From contig OX597831.1 in NCBI GenBank assembly GCA_951406725.2, positions 69,068,001 to 69,132,000 on the forward strand: a DNA stretch of 64,000 bases. Direction: 5' to 3'. The notes under the pieces were generated by a model. That model searched no databases. It had not been told where the DNA came from and saw only the letters and a list, made by a program, of their open reading frames with translations. Shown piece by piece: positions 51,730 to 62,633 of the stretch. A program made the translations under genes and the position numbers. The DNA comes from Octopus vulgaris (taxonomy: Eukaryota). How positions within the stretch are numbered: position 1 is the first letter of the stretch; each line of letters begins with the position of its first letter.

Positions 51730-52155
51730 GGATCTTTTCTGTTTGAACGGCAGTTTTTAACATAATTTCTAGGTAACTAAAAAATTTGAAACTTTGTATA
51801 CTGGTAGAATGTGTTTATAAAACATCTTTTTCTCTTGGCTTTATTGAGAAAATTCTATAGTTTGTAAGATATTTCTTGTTTTTTCTCTTCAATTTCTGCA
51901 ATTTCAACCAATCAATGATCGTCTATTGAGGTGAAAACATTCTGTGCCGTATGAATATGTCCCTCATTTAAGAAACAGATTGGGTTTATTTACATTTCTG
52001 AAGAAAAAAAGATACCCTTCCCCCTAACCCTAACCCTAACTAAACCTAACCCTAAAACAGATTGAAATGCAATAGATCGATACTGGGGTCATAATTATGG
52101 GTGACAATTTCATATGATACTGCTAGAAAAAACCTCCGTTCAAACCGAAAAATCC
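51730..52155. mobile_element. Second copy of the Merlin-like MITE
   Basis: Colinear with 38086-38520. Different 8-bp TSD, TATGAATG, at 51722-51729 and 52156-52163. Confidence 0.85.
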
Positions 52156-53176
52156 TATGAATGAGCATCATTAGATAGTAATTAAGTCATTAATCTACCA
52201 CAGAAAGAGAACAACCAAGTTTTAAGAGTTCATCAGAATTGCTAATGTCTGATCCTTAACAGTGCACACTGTGATGAAGTGATCTCGTTTTTTTAATATA
52301 TAGCTTAGTGTGAAAGAAAGTAGTGTTCACTGCTCCTTTTAAGGCTTTGGGATTGGCTAGAAAGTGGAAGGTGTCTTCACACTGGAGACTGGTCTGAATG
52401 CTTGCAACAGAGGCCATAGCAGTATTTGAACTCAGAATACAAAGACCTTGAATAAATATTAAAAAGCAACCCATCAAATACTCTAACAATTCTGCCCTGC
52501 ACTGGTACTTCATCTATCTACACCGAAAGGATGAGAGGAAAATTTTCCCTCTGCTAGATTTGAACTTAGAATGTAAGGAGCTAGAATTATATTACAAACA
52601 CTTCATGCTATGGAGTGGCTGTGTGGAAAGAAGTTTGCTTTCCTGCCACCTAGTTCTTGGTTCAATTTCACTGTGCAGCATCTTAGACATGTGTCTTCTA
52701 CTAAACCTTGGGAACGGATTTGGTAGGCAGAATTTGAAAGAAATTCATGTGTGTGCACACATGCATATGTCATTATCATTTCCCACTATCTCCTCCCGCA
52801 AGAGAACAAGCATTATAGTTGCCTCCATGGTCTATTCTATGTTATGTTATGAATCTATGCTAGTGGATGTACCTCATGTTAGTTCTATCAACTATACTCT
52901 TTTGGGCTGGTTTAGAATATGTTTAGAACATTATTTTGGAGATTTCCTTTTCCCAGATTGATTACTTTCACTGCAGCTAAGGAGCTACATCTACAATTAC
53001 AAAAATCTATTTATCCCAAAGATGGGACCCTGACAGGGAATACTGTTCTGAGTCATAACAGATCTGGGAATAATGATAATGAAGGGGTGACTCCATGCTC
53101 CCCACATCTCCAGAACTCCCAAACTGAAGCCTCACTACCAGATGCAATTTAATGACATACCCAGGACAAATATACA

Positions 53177-53206
<30 letters not shown>

Positions 53207-53210
<4 letters not shown>

Positions 53211-53463
53211 AGTAGGTGAATGAATTATCCTCTGTTTATCGTCAGCATGGAAAATTCGTTTAACCGAAACCTGGGTAGCAAATTCACGTCAGAAAACACG
53301 GTTGAAGCGACCTGTCAAGGGTAGAAACTCCGGGTTCTTTCCTGATGAGAAGATTGCATAATGCACCCTTTATTCCTTCGGAATGAAAATATGCTGTCTT
53401 CGAAACATGTGTCGAGAGCAAAGGAATTTTGTTAACATCTTCGTTCGACTCCATTCTTTCATT

Positions 53464-53465
<2 letters not shown>
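53207..53465 (+). mobile_element. About 260-bp solo pLTR or retrozyme-like element in (TA)n
   Basis: Non-coding, flanked by (TA)n, contains an intact HHR. The 3' end CTCCATTCTTTCATTTATAT resembles the pLTR end at 32982-33000. Confidence 0.75.
53337..53418 (+). ncRNA. Type I hammerhead ribozyme, intact core
   Basis: CTTTC-CTGATGA-[GAAGATTGCATA...TATGCTGTCTTC]-GAAA-CATGTG-TC-GAGAG. Predicted cleavage after GUC at 53413. Confidence 0.85.
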
Positions 53466-53505
<40 letters not shown>

Positions 53506-53506
<1 letters not shown>

Positions 53507-54250
53507 ACATGGTGCGATGGGTAAATTGTGGCTATTTTATATTTTTAATTTTGCATACGTGCATTGTTTGTTTTTGAATTTGTTGACTACACAGTATTGT
53601 AGGGTCAGTTGGGTACCGTCTGTGAGAAACACAGTACCATGATGCAATTCACTCTGGCATAAATTTAGAAATGACATTCTGCATTGATTGGCATTTGCAT
53701 CAGAAGCTCCAATACAAACATTTCAGAGTGTTTGGGTGTCAATCTGAGGAGATGTACCAAGAGTGATAAAAATCAAACAGCTAGTCAACATCATTATGTT
53801 TGGAGTGATCACTAGTGATGGTGATATGCCTCCATTCATCTTTCCACATGGCCTCACACTCAACGTGGAAGCCTACATCAAGTGTCTGGAGGAGGTAGTG
53901 CTGCCCTGGGTCAAGAGGGTGGCTGCTGGAAGACCCTATGTCTGGCAACAGGACCCTGCACCATGCCACACAATCAGGAGAATGCAGTCATGACTGTCAG
54001 GCAGTTTCTGCGACTACACCATCCCTAACATCTGGCCACCTAACTCCCCAGACTGCAACCCCTTTGATTATTATGTGTGGAGCACAGTTGAGCAAGAGAC
54101 TAAGAAAACTCCTTCTAACACCAAAGATGAACTGAAGGCAAGGATCATAGCAGCATTCACCAAGTTAAACAAGGAGACCATCCAGAAGTGTTGCAAGAGA
54201 TTCTGAAGTTGTCTGGAGGCCATGGTTGAAGCCAATGACGATTTTATATT
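53506..54250 (+). mobile_element. Internally deleted Tc1/mariner-superfamily (maT-like) transposon
   Basis: MFGVITSDG, YIKCLEEVVLPW, YVWQQDPAPCHT and WPPNSPDCNPFDYYVWS. Confidence 0.85.
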
Positions 54251-55837
54251 TGTTAAAATGAGACGACATTTCTTCATAATTTAGATGCAATTGGATGTGA
54301 TGGAGGTGGATCTGTGTGTTTACATCAAGAATGAAGGTACTAGCATGTTAACATAGTCAATATGATTAAATCAAAACTCTAAATAGTGTTATAAAAAATT
54401 ACCAAGTAAACCATATTCACTTATTACTTATTTTGTGATATCATATTACTCTAATTAACCAATCATCTTTAAAATTTGGATTCAACTTATAGGGGACTGT
54501 CTTTCATAGTTCTGTTTCTCTCATGGAATCTGTGAGCCCAAAGAACTCAATAGCGATTATATTGTTTTCCCTTTACTAAAAGTGGCTACAGGTGAGCACT
54601 TACATTTTACTTTGTAAAAGAATGCAATCTGGTGAAAATAGTCAAATCGAGTTAAGTCTTGAAATTTAATCTGCCAATGTTCAGGCAAAGAATACTTCAA
54701 TTATTGACCATTTATGCATAAAAAAAAATGAAAAAGCTTTTAAAGTGGACAAAGAAAATTTCTCACTAACTGATGGTTGTCTGCTGGTGGAAAAGATATG
54801 ACAATATTGTACAAGTGTCTTTATGGCAAGGAAAAGAACTGATTATTTTTTTATTAGCTTAAGTTTGAATTAAGTTAGAATGTTCTAAAATTATTACTAA
54901 ATATTCTTCTAGAAATATTTATAAAAATGAGGCAGGGTTCCATTTTCAAGTGATTTCTGGAGACACTTATTTGTGTAAAAATGAAAATCTTCAAATGTGT
55001 GGAGATGTCTGAAAAAGTAAAGATCTTCACCATTTTAAGGGTATCAGAAGTTTTTCTATTCATTACCCTTCCAATGCAAATGTGTGGCTGACTCCAGTTA
55101 TTTTAAGAACTGGTTACATACGTGTGATTGGAATCAAAGTGGAAAATTGTTTTGACAATTAAATGGCATACAGAAATAATTTGTCATTAAGGACATCAAA
55201 GTAATTTTCTTGCCTTCAAATGCTAAATCATTAATTCAACCGTATAACCAGAGTATTTTGAGCTTTCAAGTTGGAATATCAAAGAGAAATTTATACAGGA
55301 ATTTTATTTTAACTTGATGACATTCAAAGTAAACCTTATGCAAATGTGATTGCAAAATAGATTCCATCTTTAATTTAGTGCATATATTAGCAATACTATG
55401 GAAGTAAGACTCAGTGAAGATTATTTATACTTGTTTAAATAGGGTGAATTTTCTGAAACCAGCTCAGAAATTGTTATTAACAAAGACAAAAAATTATTAG
55501 AAATGAAATTCTTGATATTCAGTTCTGAAAAAATGTCTGAAAATTGTTTGTTGAAGAGGAAGTTGTAACAGCCACGACAGAAACGACAAGCTGTTACTAA
55601 TGGAGACAACTATATTAAAAAGGAATATGAAGTTTCTTTAATCAGTGTTTTATTGCAAGTAACTGTAAAAATACTTTGTTGTTGCTTGCAACAACAATCA
55701 ATAGAATTTCAAGAGTAAAATGAATATGAAACGATTTGCTAATGAACTACTAAATACTAATGCTGCACAGATAAAATTGTATAATTTTAGTAAGATAAAT
55801 CAAGCTTTTTATAGTGGTTGTTTGTAACTTTTATCAT

Positions 55838-55953
55838 AATATGATGATGATAGTGCTGATGATGATGATAATAATAATAATAATAATAATGATAATAATA
55901 ATAATGATAATAACAACAACAACAACAACAACAACAACAATAATAATAATAAT
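55838..55953. repeat. (ATG)n/(TAA)n/(CAA)n trinucleotide array
   Basis: Direct inspection. Confidence 0.9.
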
Positions 55954-55954
55954 T

Positions 55955-56165
55955 TATTTCTTTATTGCCCTCAAGGGGCCAAACATAGAGGGGACAAACA
56001 AGGACTGACAAAGGGATTAAGTCGATTACATCGACCCCAGTACGAGACTGGTACTTTATTTATTGACCCCAAAAGGATGAAAGGCAAGCTCGACCTTGAC
56101 GGAATTTGAACTCAGAACGTAACGGCAGACGAAATATGGCTACGCATTTTGCCCGGCGTGCTAAC
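55955..56165 (-). mobile_element. SINE family B, alternative 3' end
   Basis: Reverse complement of the 6322-6543 type. Confidence 0.85.
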
Positions 56166-56635
56166 AACAACAATAGCAATTAAAAAATATGCTTCAGAGG
56201 GGTAATGCATAGCCTGCAGCTTACAAAGTATTGCTTACCTATGCTTTTTAATTGAACTGAATTAATTAAAAAAAAAGTTTTTTATAAGTATCACCGTTAC
56301 AGGTATTTATACTCTGGTGAAATTAAGAGAAGAAGGAGGCAGGGGCATGAGATCGAGGCAGACAGCCTTCAGATGTCAAATACTCTCTCTCAGACAACAC
56401 TTGCTAGAAAATAGCAGCCAAAATAAATGCATGAACTTCATTTCGGCAGCCACCTCCTCTTTTCCACACATGTCGGCAGCCACCTCCTCAGGAAGCACTC
56501 TCTTCTGAATGATCTTTCATACAAATCCAAAACAACCAGACTAACATACCTCAAAGAAGTGAAACACTCAGCATACCAATAAAAGGCTATGCATTGGTAT
56601 GTTTCCTGAAGACTTGCAGAAGACAGTACTTTTGG

Positions 56636-56790
56636 TTTCAAATTGTGGTACAAGGCCAGCAATTTCAGGAGAGTGGGTAGTCAGTTATGTCGACCCCAGA
56701 GTCCATCTGGTACTTATTTTATCAACCCCAATAGGATGCAAGGCAAAGTTGGCCTCAGTGGAATTCGAACTGAGAATGTAAAAACAGATG
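56636..56790 (-). mobile_element. SINE family B, old copy
   Basis: CTGGTACTTATTTTATCAACCCC...AAGGCAAAGTTGGCCTC. Confidence 0.65.
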
Positions 56791-57003
56791 GAAGAAAGTA
56801 ATATTGATATGAAGTGCATCCTCTCTTGGAATTGTGTATATATTTGTGTGTGTGTGTGTGTGTGTGGGTGTGTGTGCATATCTATAGCTCTAGTAATATA
56901 TATGCTAAGTTCTTTACAACACAGCATTACAACGCTAGTTCTGTCTTCTGATAGTCACATTATCTGAATATCCATTAATTATTTTTCAGGCTTTTGCCAT
57001 TTA

Positions 57004-57008
<5 letters not shown>

Positions 57009-57054
<46 letters not shown>

Positions 57055-57066
57055 GTCTGTCTTTTT

Positions 57067-57106
<40 letters not shown>

Positions 57107-57216
57107 TTTTTCTTCCTTCCTTCCTTCCTTCCTTCCTTCCTTCCTTCCTTCCTTTCTTTCTTTCTTTCTTCCTTCCCTTTTTCTTTCTTTCTCTCTCTCT
57201 CTCCCTCTCTCTCTCC
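57009..57216. repeat. Polypyrimidine (CT)n/(CTTT)n/(CCTT)n tract
   Basis: About 200 bp, nearly purine-free on the plus strand. Confidence 0.95.
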
Positions 57217-57610
57217 CTACTGACTAGAAATGTCTTTGTAATCCATCCCATTGTACTCTATCAATCTATTGTTCCTTCTTTCCATTTTCGCTCTGCTCCC
57301 TATCCCATTTAGCTTTTACCTTCTTCTCCTTCTTTATGCCTTTGTTTGTAATTCTCTCACCCCCTTCTCTTTCTCACTCAACCACAAAATAAATAACCTT
57401 ACTCTTTGATGCATAACTCTATTAGATTCATATGTAAACTGCCCTTTTTGTGAAAAAATTGTCTGATGAATGGTGAGATTATTACTCAAAAGTTCACTGA
57501 TTGATAAGCCATTAAAGGTGAATCTTGAAATAGCAGCCAAAACAATATTATCAATTTTTACTCTACTAAATTTATATTGTCCCACCACCAGTAAATCTTT
57601 TGTTCTTTTC

Positions 57611-57615
<5 letters not shown>

Positions 57616-57708
<93 letters not shown>

Positions 57709-57714
57709 CATATA

Positions 57715-57804
<90 letters not shown>
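57616..57804. repeat. (TA)n followed by (GA)n
   Basis: Direct inspection. Confidence 0.95.
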
Positions 57805-57809
<5 letters not shown>

Positions 57810-57918
57810 CAATAAGAGGCTTCCAAATAGGAAAGCCTTGTGCTAGAAAGAGCAGTAGAAAACTCAAAACCACCAAATAAAGATAAATTCCTATTTGGAA
57901 GCCTCTTATTGTATTTCT
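57803..57918. repeat. Perfect 31-bp inverted repeat with 54-bp spacer
   Basis: AGAAATACAATAAGAGGCTTCCAAATAGGAA (57803-57833) and its exact reverse complement (57888-57918). Confidence 0.9.
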
Positions 57919-58001
57919 ATGTGAATAATATATAGTCTAATGACTAATTCGTTTTTGTGCTAGGCCACTGGTAACAATAATTTATTATTACACTATTTTA
58001 T

Positions 58002-58033
<32 letters not shown>

Positions 58034-58784
58034 CCATATATGAGTTATAAATGCTGTTGTTTATGGAAACTTATTTTTGTAGTAATAGTAATAGTAGCCC
58101 TTTGACTGCTATTTCTAATATTTTCGTTATGTTGGTTAAGCAACTTGTTGCAAAAAACCCTTTATTATAATTATATAAATATATGTAGTATATATATATA
58201 TGTGTGTGTGTATATCTCTGTGTACATATCTATGTATGTATGTGTATATATGTGTGTGTGTGTATATATGTGTGTGTGTGTGTATGTATCATCTCCTCAC
58301 CATCATTTAATGTCTGCTTTCCACACTGGCATGGGTTGGACGGTTTGACAACAAATAATAATGAGGATTACATAACAGTTGAAACATTATGATATTTTGT
58401 TAACCTCCTCATCAGTGATAGTAATATCTGCGATGAGGGGTATCAAATGCTTTATAAGTTTTCATGCTATGCAAATTGTCAACAACATCACCAATAATAC
58501 ATGCAGTAGCTTCAAGGTCTTTACTTCCCCAAATGTAGTGGAGTAGATACTTGCACACATTCCAACACTATTTTACCAATGCTAACAGAAGAAATGAAGA
58601 TAATGCTAGACTGCATGAGTGTGTCTATCCACTTCAATTTGGGCAAGGCATAACCTTGAGCATCTGTGTTCTCGTTATTCATCTCCAACTGCATTTGGCA
58701 ATGATGTTCTTCATAATTTTCATAGCAAGGAAATATATTGAGTATATAACACCACGCATTTCAATTTTGCAACGTTGGCATAAT

Positions 58785-58951
58785 TGGGGCGAAAGAGTAC
58801 AACAGGGGTCGCCACCACCCCTTGCCAGAACCTTGTGGAACTTTTACATGTTTTCGCTCAAAAAACACACACAATGCCCAGTCTGGGAATCGAAACCGCG
58901 ATCCTCTGACTGCGAGTCTACTGCCCTAACCACTGGGCCATTGTGCCTCCA
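58785..58951 (-). mobile_element. SINE family D, 5' part
   Basis: Colinear with 41770-41935 (GTCTGGGAATCGAAACCGCGATCC...CCACTGGGCCATTGTGCCTCC). Confidence 0.8.
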
Positions 58952-58955
58952 TACT

Positions 58956-58992
<37 letters not shown>

Positions 58993-58999
58993 GTGTGTG

Positions 59000-59195
59000 T
59001 ATGCATGTTTGTGTGTCTGTGTTTGTCCCCCCAACATCACTCGACAACCAATGCTGAAGCGTTTACGTCACTTAGTGGCTCAGCAAAAGACACCGATAGA
59101 ATAAGTCCTGGTGTTGATTTGCTCGACTAAAGGTAGTGCTCCATCATGGCCGCAGTCAAATGACTGAAACAAGAAAAAGAATAAAATAAAAATAA
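59000..59195 (+). mobile_element. SINE family A, 3' half
   Basis: GTTTGTCCCC...GCTCGACTAAAGG...GCCGCAGTCAAATGACTGAAACAAG. Confidence 0.8.
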
Positions 59196-59199
59196 AGAC

Positions 59200-59476
59200 G
59201 ATGGATGAACATTGGGCCTTTGCCAAACGACCTGCACAAATGAATTGTTTCTAGTGAGCAAATGCTTGTGCTGCACATCAGCTCACTCTTTTCATCAAAT
59301 AGACGTTATCTGAACAGGTGCACTGTGTGCCACGTGTCAGGTGTCAAAGTGATCACAGAGCAACAAGAGATGAAGTGTTTTGCTCAAGAACACAATGCAC
59401 AACCCAGTCTAGGAATTGAAATCATGTTCTCACCATTGTGGGTCCAACACCCTAGCCAGTAGGTCATTCGCCCTCA
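59200..59476 (-). mobile_element. Older tRNA-derived SINE
   Basis: Minus-strand head TGACCTACTGGCTAGGGTGTTGGAC...TTTCAATTCC followed by GTGTTCTTGAGCAAAACACTT. Confidence 0.55.
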
Positions 59477-59490
59477 GATATATATATATC

Positions 59491-59707
59491 TATTTCTTTA
59501 CTACCCACAAGGGGCTAAACACAGAGAGGACAAACAAGGACAGACAAACGGGTTAAGTCGATTGCATCGATCCCAGTGCATAACTGGGACTTAATTTATC
59601 GACCCCCGAAAGGATGAAAGGCAAAGTTGACCTCGGCGGAATTTGAACCCAGAACGTAACGGCAGACGAAATACGGCTACGCATTTCACCCGGCGTGCTA
59701 ACGTTTC

Positions 59708-59712
<5 letters not shown>
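59491..59712 (-). mobile_element. SINE family B, alternative 3' end
   Basis: Colinear with 55955-56165. Confidence 0.85.
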
Positions 59713-59757
<45 letters not shown>

Positions 59758-59759
<2 letters not shown>

Positions 59760-59927
59760 TCATCATCATCGTTTAACGTCCGTTTTCCGTGTTAGCACGG
59801 GTTGGATGGTTCGATCGGTTTCTGGGAAGCCAGGAGGCTGCACCAGGCTCCAGTCTGATCTGGCAGTGTTTCTACAGCTGGATGCCCTTCCTAACGCCAA
59901 CCACTCCATGAGTGTTGTGGGTACTTG
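59758..59927 (-). mobile_element. SINE-like family C, 3' part
   Basis: Colinear with 15376-15545. Confidence 0.85.
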
Positions 59928-59966
<39 letters not shown>

Positions 59967-60019
59967 CATAGATACACACACACCAACACATATATCTATA
60001 CTGTCAGTGTATATATATA

Positions 60020-60215
60020 TTTGGTTAATGAGAGAGATGGTAAATGGGAGATAAGAGAATTTTTAGTAATCACTACAATTGTTTCGACCCATCCAATGTC
60101 GATCCCTCACAGGTGGAATATTTAACAACTGTTCGACATTGGATGTGTTGAAACAATTGTAGTGATTAATAAAAATTCTCTTATCTCCCATTTACCATCT
60201 CTCTCATTAACCAAA
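60020..60215. repeat. Fold-back of about 83-bp arms in (TA)n with a hammerhead-like motif
   Basis: 60020-60102 pairs with 60133-60215 with 3 mismatches and a 30-bp spacer. Confidence 0.85.
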
Positions 60216-61053
60216 TATATATATATATATATATATATATACAAACATATACACATGAATTATATTCAGTATAGAAGTGGGAAACCTTTTAGTTCCAAGG
60301 AATACTCAATGCACGTGTACTTTAGACTTGATATATTTGTGAACAAATCTCCTCCTTGAGTCATTCTCTTTCAACAAATTCTGTAGTAATGAGAGACAGA
60401 GAACGGAGAGTTGAAGAGAAATGCTAGTGAAAGCAAACAAAATATCCTAATATGTATTGGCAGTTTGTGGCATCAATCTCTCATTATTATCATTTTTTTC
60501 CCCCTCCAATGTCTCTTAATCCTTTGGTGCTTAATCAGTTTAGCATAGATTTCTAATACCCTTTGGTAACTTTTATACTAAGTTTTCTTAATCAATCTTT
60601 GGATATTTTTGTCTGGAACATAAGGATTTCAGAATCTGAAAAATAATTTTGTTTTTTCAGAAAAAAATGAGAAAAGTTAGAAAATTTATAGTCATACTAG
60701 TTCTTTTTTTTATACATATAAATATATTTTATTTGTATTTGAAAGTATTTTTTTCTGCTTTGTTCTGAAGCTTTAAAATACTCTTCTTTCAGTTTCAATT
60801 TATTAAGTACTCACTACAGCATATGATGTCTATAGTAAAGATATCTATGAAAGTTCCCTGTCTATCACAGTATTACAAGATTAATTTCACAAAATACAGT
60901 ACTAAACATTCAAAAGTAGCATATTGTGTTAGAAAGTAAATCAGGATTTTGTTAGTAAATTTTGAAGATAGAGACAGATTAATACAATCAACTTTACTGT
61001 AACCATGTTTTGATTTAATTCTTTTTGTCAGAAATTGCTATGGTTTTTCTATA

Positions 61054-61559
61054 TCTATATATATAAAACTCTAGTTGTGTGAGTGTCTGTCCCCTTCGAT
61101 TTAGATTCCTAACTCCTCCCACATTTTGCGGTGCAGTTTAACCAAATTCGGGTATCTTATAGTCGTGATTCATATCGAGCCCGTCTGACTATTAGCGCGC
61201 GTCAACGATGAGTCTACGATTTTAAAAATAATTTAACATCATTTTTTATTCCATTTTAATGCATAAAATGCATCGTATGTCGATGGCGGCGGAGTTGGCG
61301 TCCACGCTCACAGCTGCACCTGTTTGCTTCTCCCCCTTCCCTCCCTCGTGAAGCTGTGGGGAAGGGAGTGTAAAGAAATCAACGTCGTAATGCGTTGTGA
61401 AGGAAACCAGCGTTCTTTTAGAACAACGACTTCATGGCTTGAAGACACCAAAACAAAAATGGCTAAGAAAGCCCGAATTTATAAGGGAAGTAACTCTCTA
61501 AAAATGCTTATATAGTTATTTCCCTTACAAACCCGAGCAACGCCGGGCTATACTGCTAG
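61054..61559 (+). mobile_element. Non-autonomous Helitron
   Basis: 5' TC after A, subterminal hairpin CCCGAGCAACGCCGGG, 3' CTAG, no TSD. Confidence 0.85.
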
Positions 61560-61958
61560 TCTTTATATATAAAAGAGAAGTTGTGTGTCTGTCTCCTACG
61601 ATTTAGATTCCTAACTACTCCCACATTTTGCAGTGCAGTTTAACCAAAACCAGGTATCTTATAGTCGTGATTCATATCGAGCACTTCTGGGTATTAGCAC
61701 GCGTCTACGATGAGTCTACGATTTAAAAAAAAAGTTACCATCATTTTTTTCCATTTTAATGCATTTTTTTCGCTATTATATAAGGGAAGTAACTCTCTAA
61801 AAATGCCTACGATGTGTCAACGATTTAAAAAAAAATTTACCATCATTTGTTTTCCATTTTTAATGCATTTTTTTGCAATTTTTTGGCTATAACTCTCTAA
61901 AAATGCTTATATAGTTATTTCCCTTACAAACCCGAGCAACGCCGGGCGATACTGCTAG
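61560..61958 (+). mobile_element. Non-autonomous Helitron, head-to-tail with the previous one
   Basis: Starts TCTTTATATATAAAAG and has the same 3' hairpin and CTAG, followed by T. Confidence 0.85.
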
Positions 61959-62507
61959 TTTTCTATATTTTTCTATATTTTAAATATTTCACAATTTCAA
62001 TTTTTTTTCAAAACTCTTTCTCTATTTAACTGTAAATCTTAAATCCTATCCTTAACTTAACTTATCCTTAACTTAACTCCTAGCTCTAACATTTAATCCC
62101 TAACACTAACCCTAAATTTTACCTCCTAATGCTAAAACATCTCCCCTATTTGTCTTAATTCAGAATCATAATTTTCATGGTTTAAAACACAAAAATATCA
62201 AAGAACTTTGTTAAAAAATATTGAAGAAGTTATTGCATAAATCTGCGGAAAATATAGAAATTTCTTTTAATTTACTTGGTTGATTGAGGATATACAATTG
62301 GTTCTCTGTTTAGAACTTAAAATCAAAATGTTGAAATTAGTGGAATTAAAGCCCACTAATTTTGATCAAATATCTGGTAATCATTCGATAGCTGTAAAAG
62401 TTAATCCAATTTGTGTGAGTTTTTGAGGCCTTCGTGAACATGGTATGTTTATTCCAATCTGGGAGGAGAGCATTCATACGCAGCTTGAACATTTAACATT
62501 TTTACAG

Positions 62508-62633
62508 AACAGAATGAAGTTGAACAAAAAGGGTTTTTGTCTTGCCGCCTTCCATGACTGGTATAGAGGATTTCACTCGATTCAAATTGGCTCGGGTAGT
62601 CTAGTAGCAGACAGTGAGACGAAGCAGTTAGCA
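62508..62633 (+). CDS. Weak candidate 126-nt exon
   Basis: TTAACATTTTTACAG acceptor and GTAAGT donor. Open frame NRMKLNKKGFCLAAFHDWYRGFHSIQIGSGSLVADSETKQLA. No recognisable domain. Confidence 0.22.

Noticed and set aside
55443-55568. Possible terminal exon GEFSETSSEIV...KRKL*
   Set aside because: The acceptor is weak and a short open frame is expected by chance.
56444-56489. 17-bp direct repeat TCGGCAGCCACCTCCTC
   Set aside because: Only two copies, most simply a local duplication.
62040-62116. Telomere or chromosome-fusion scar
   Set aside because: Short and degenerate. Similar runs are carried by MITEs in this window.
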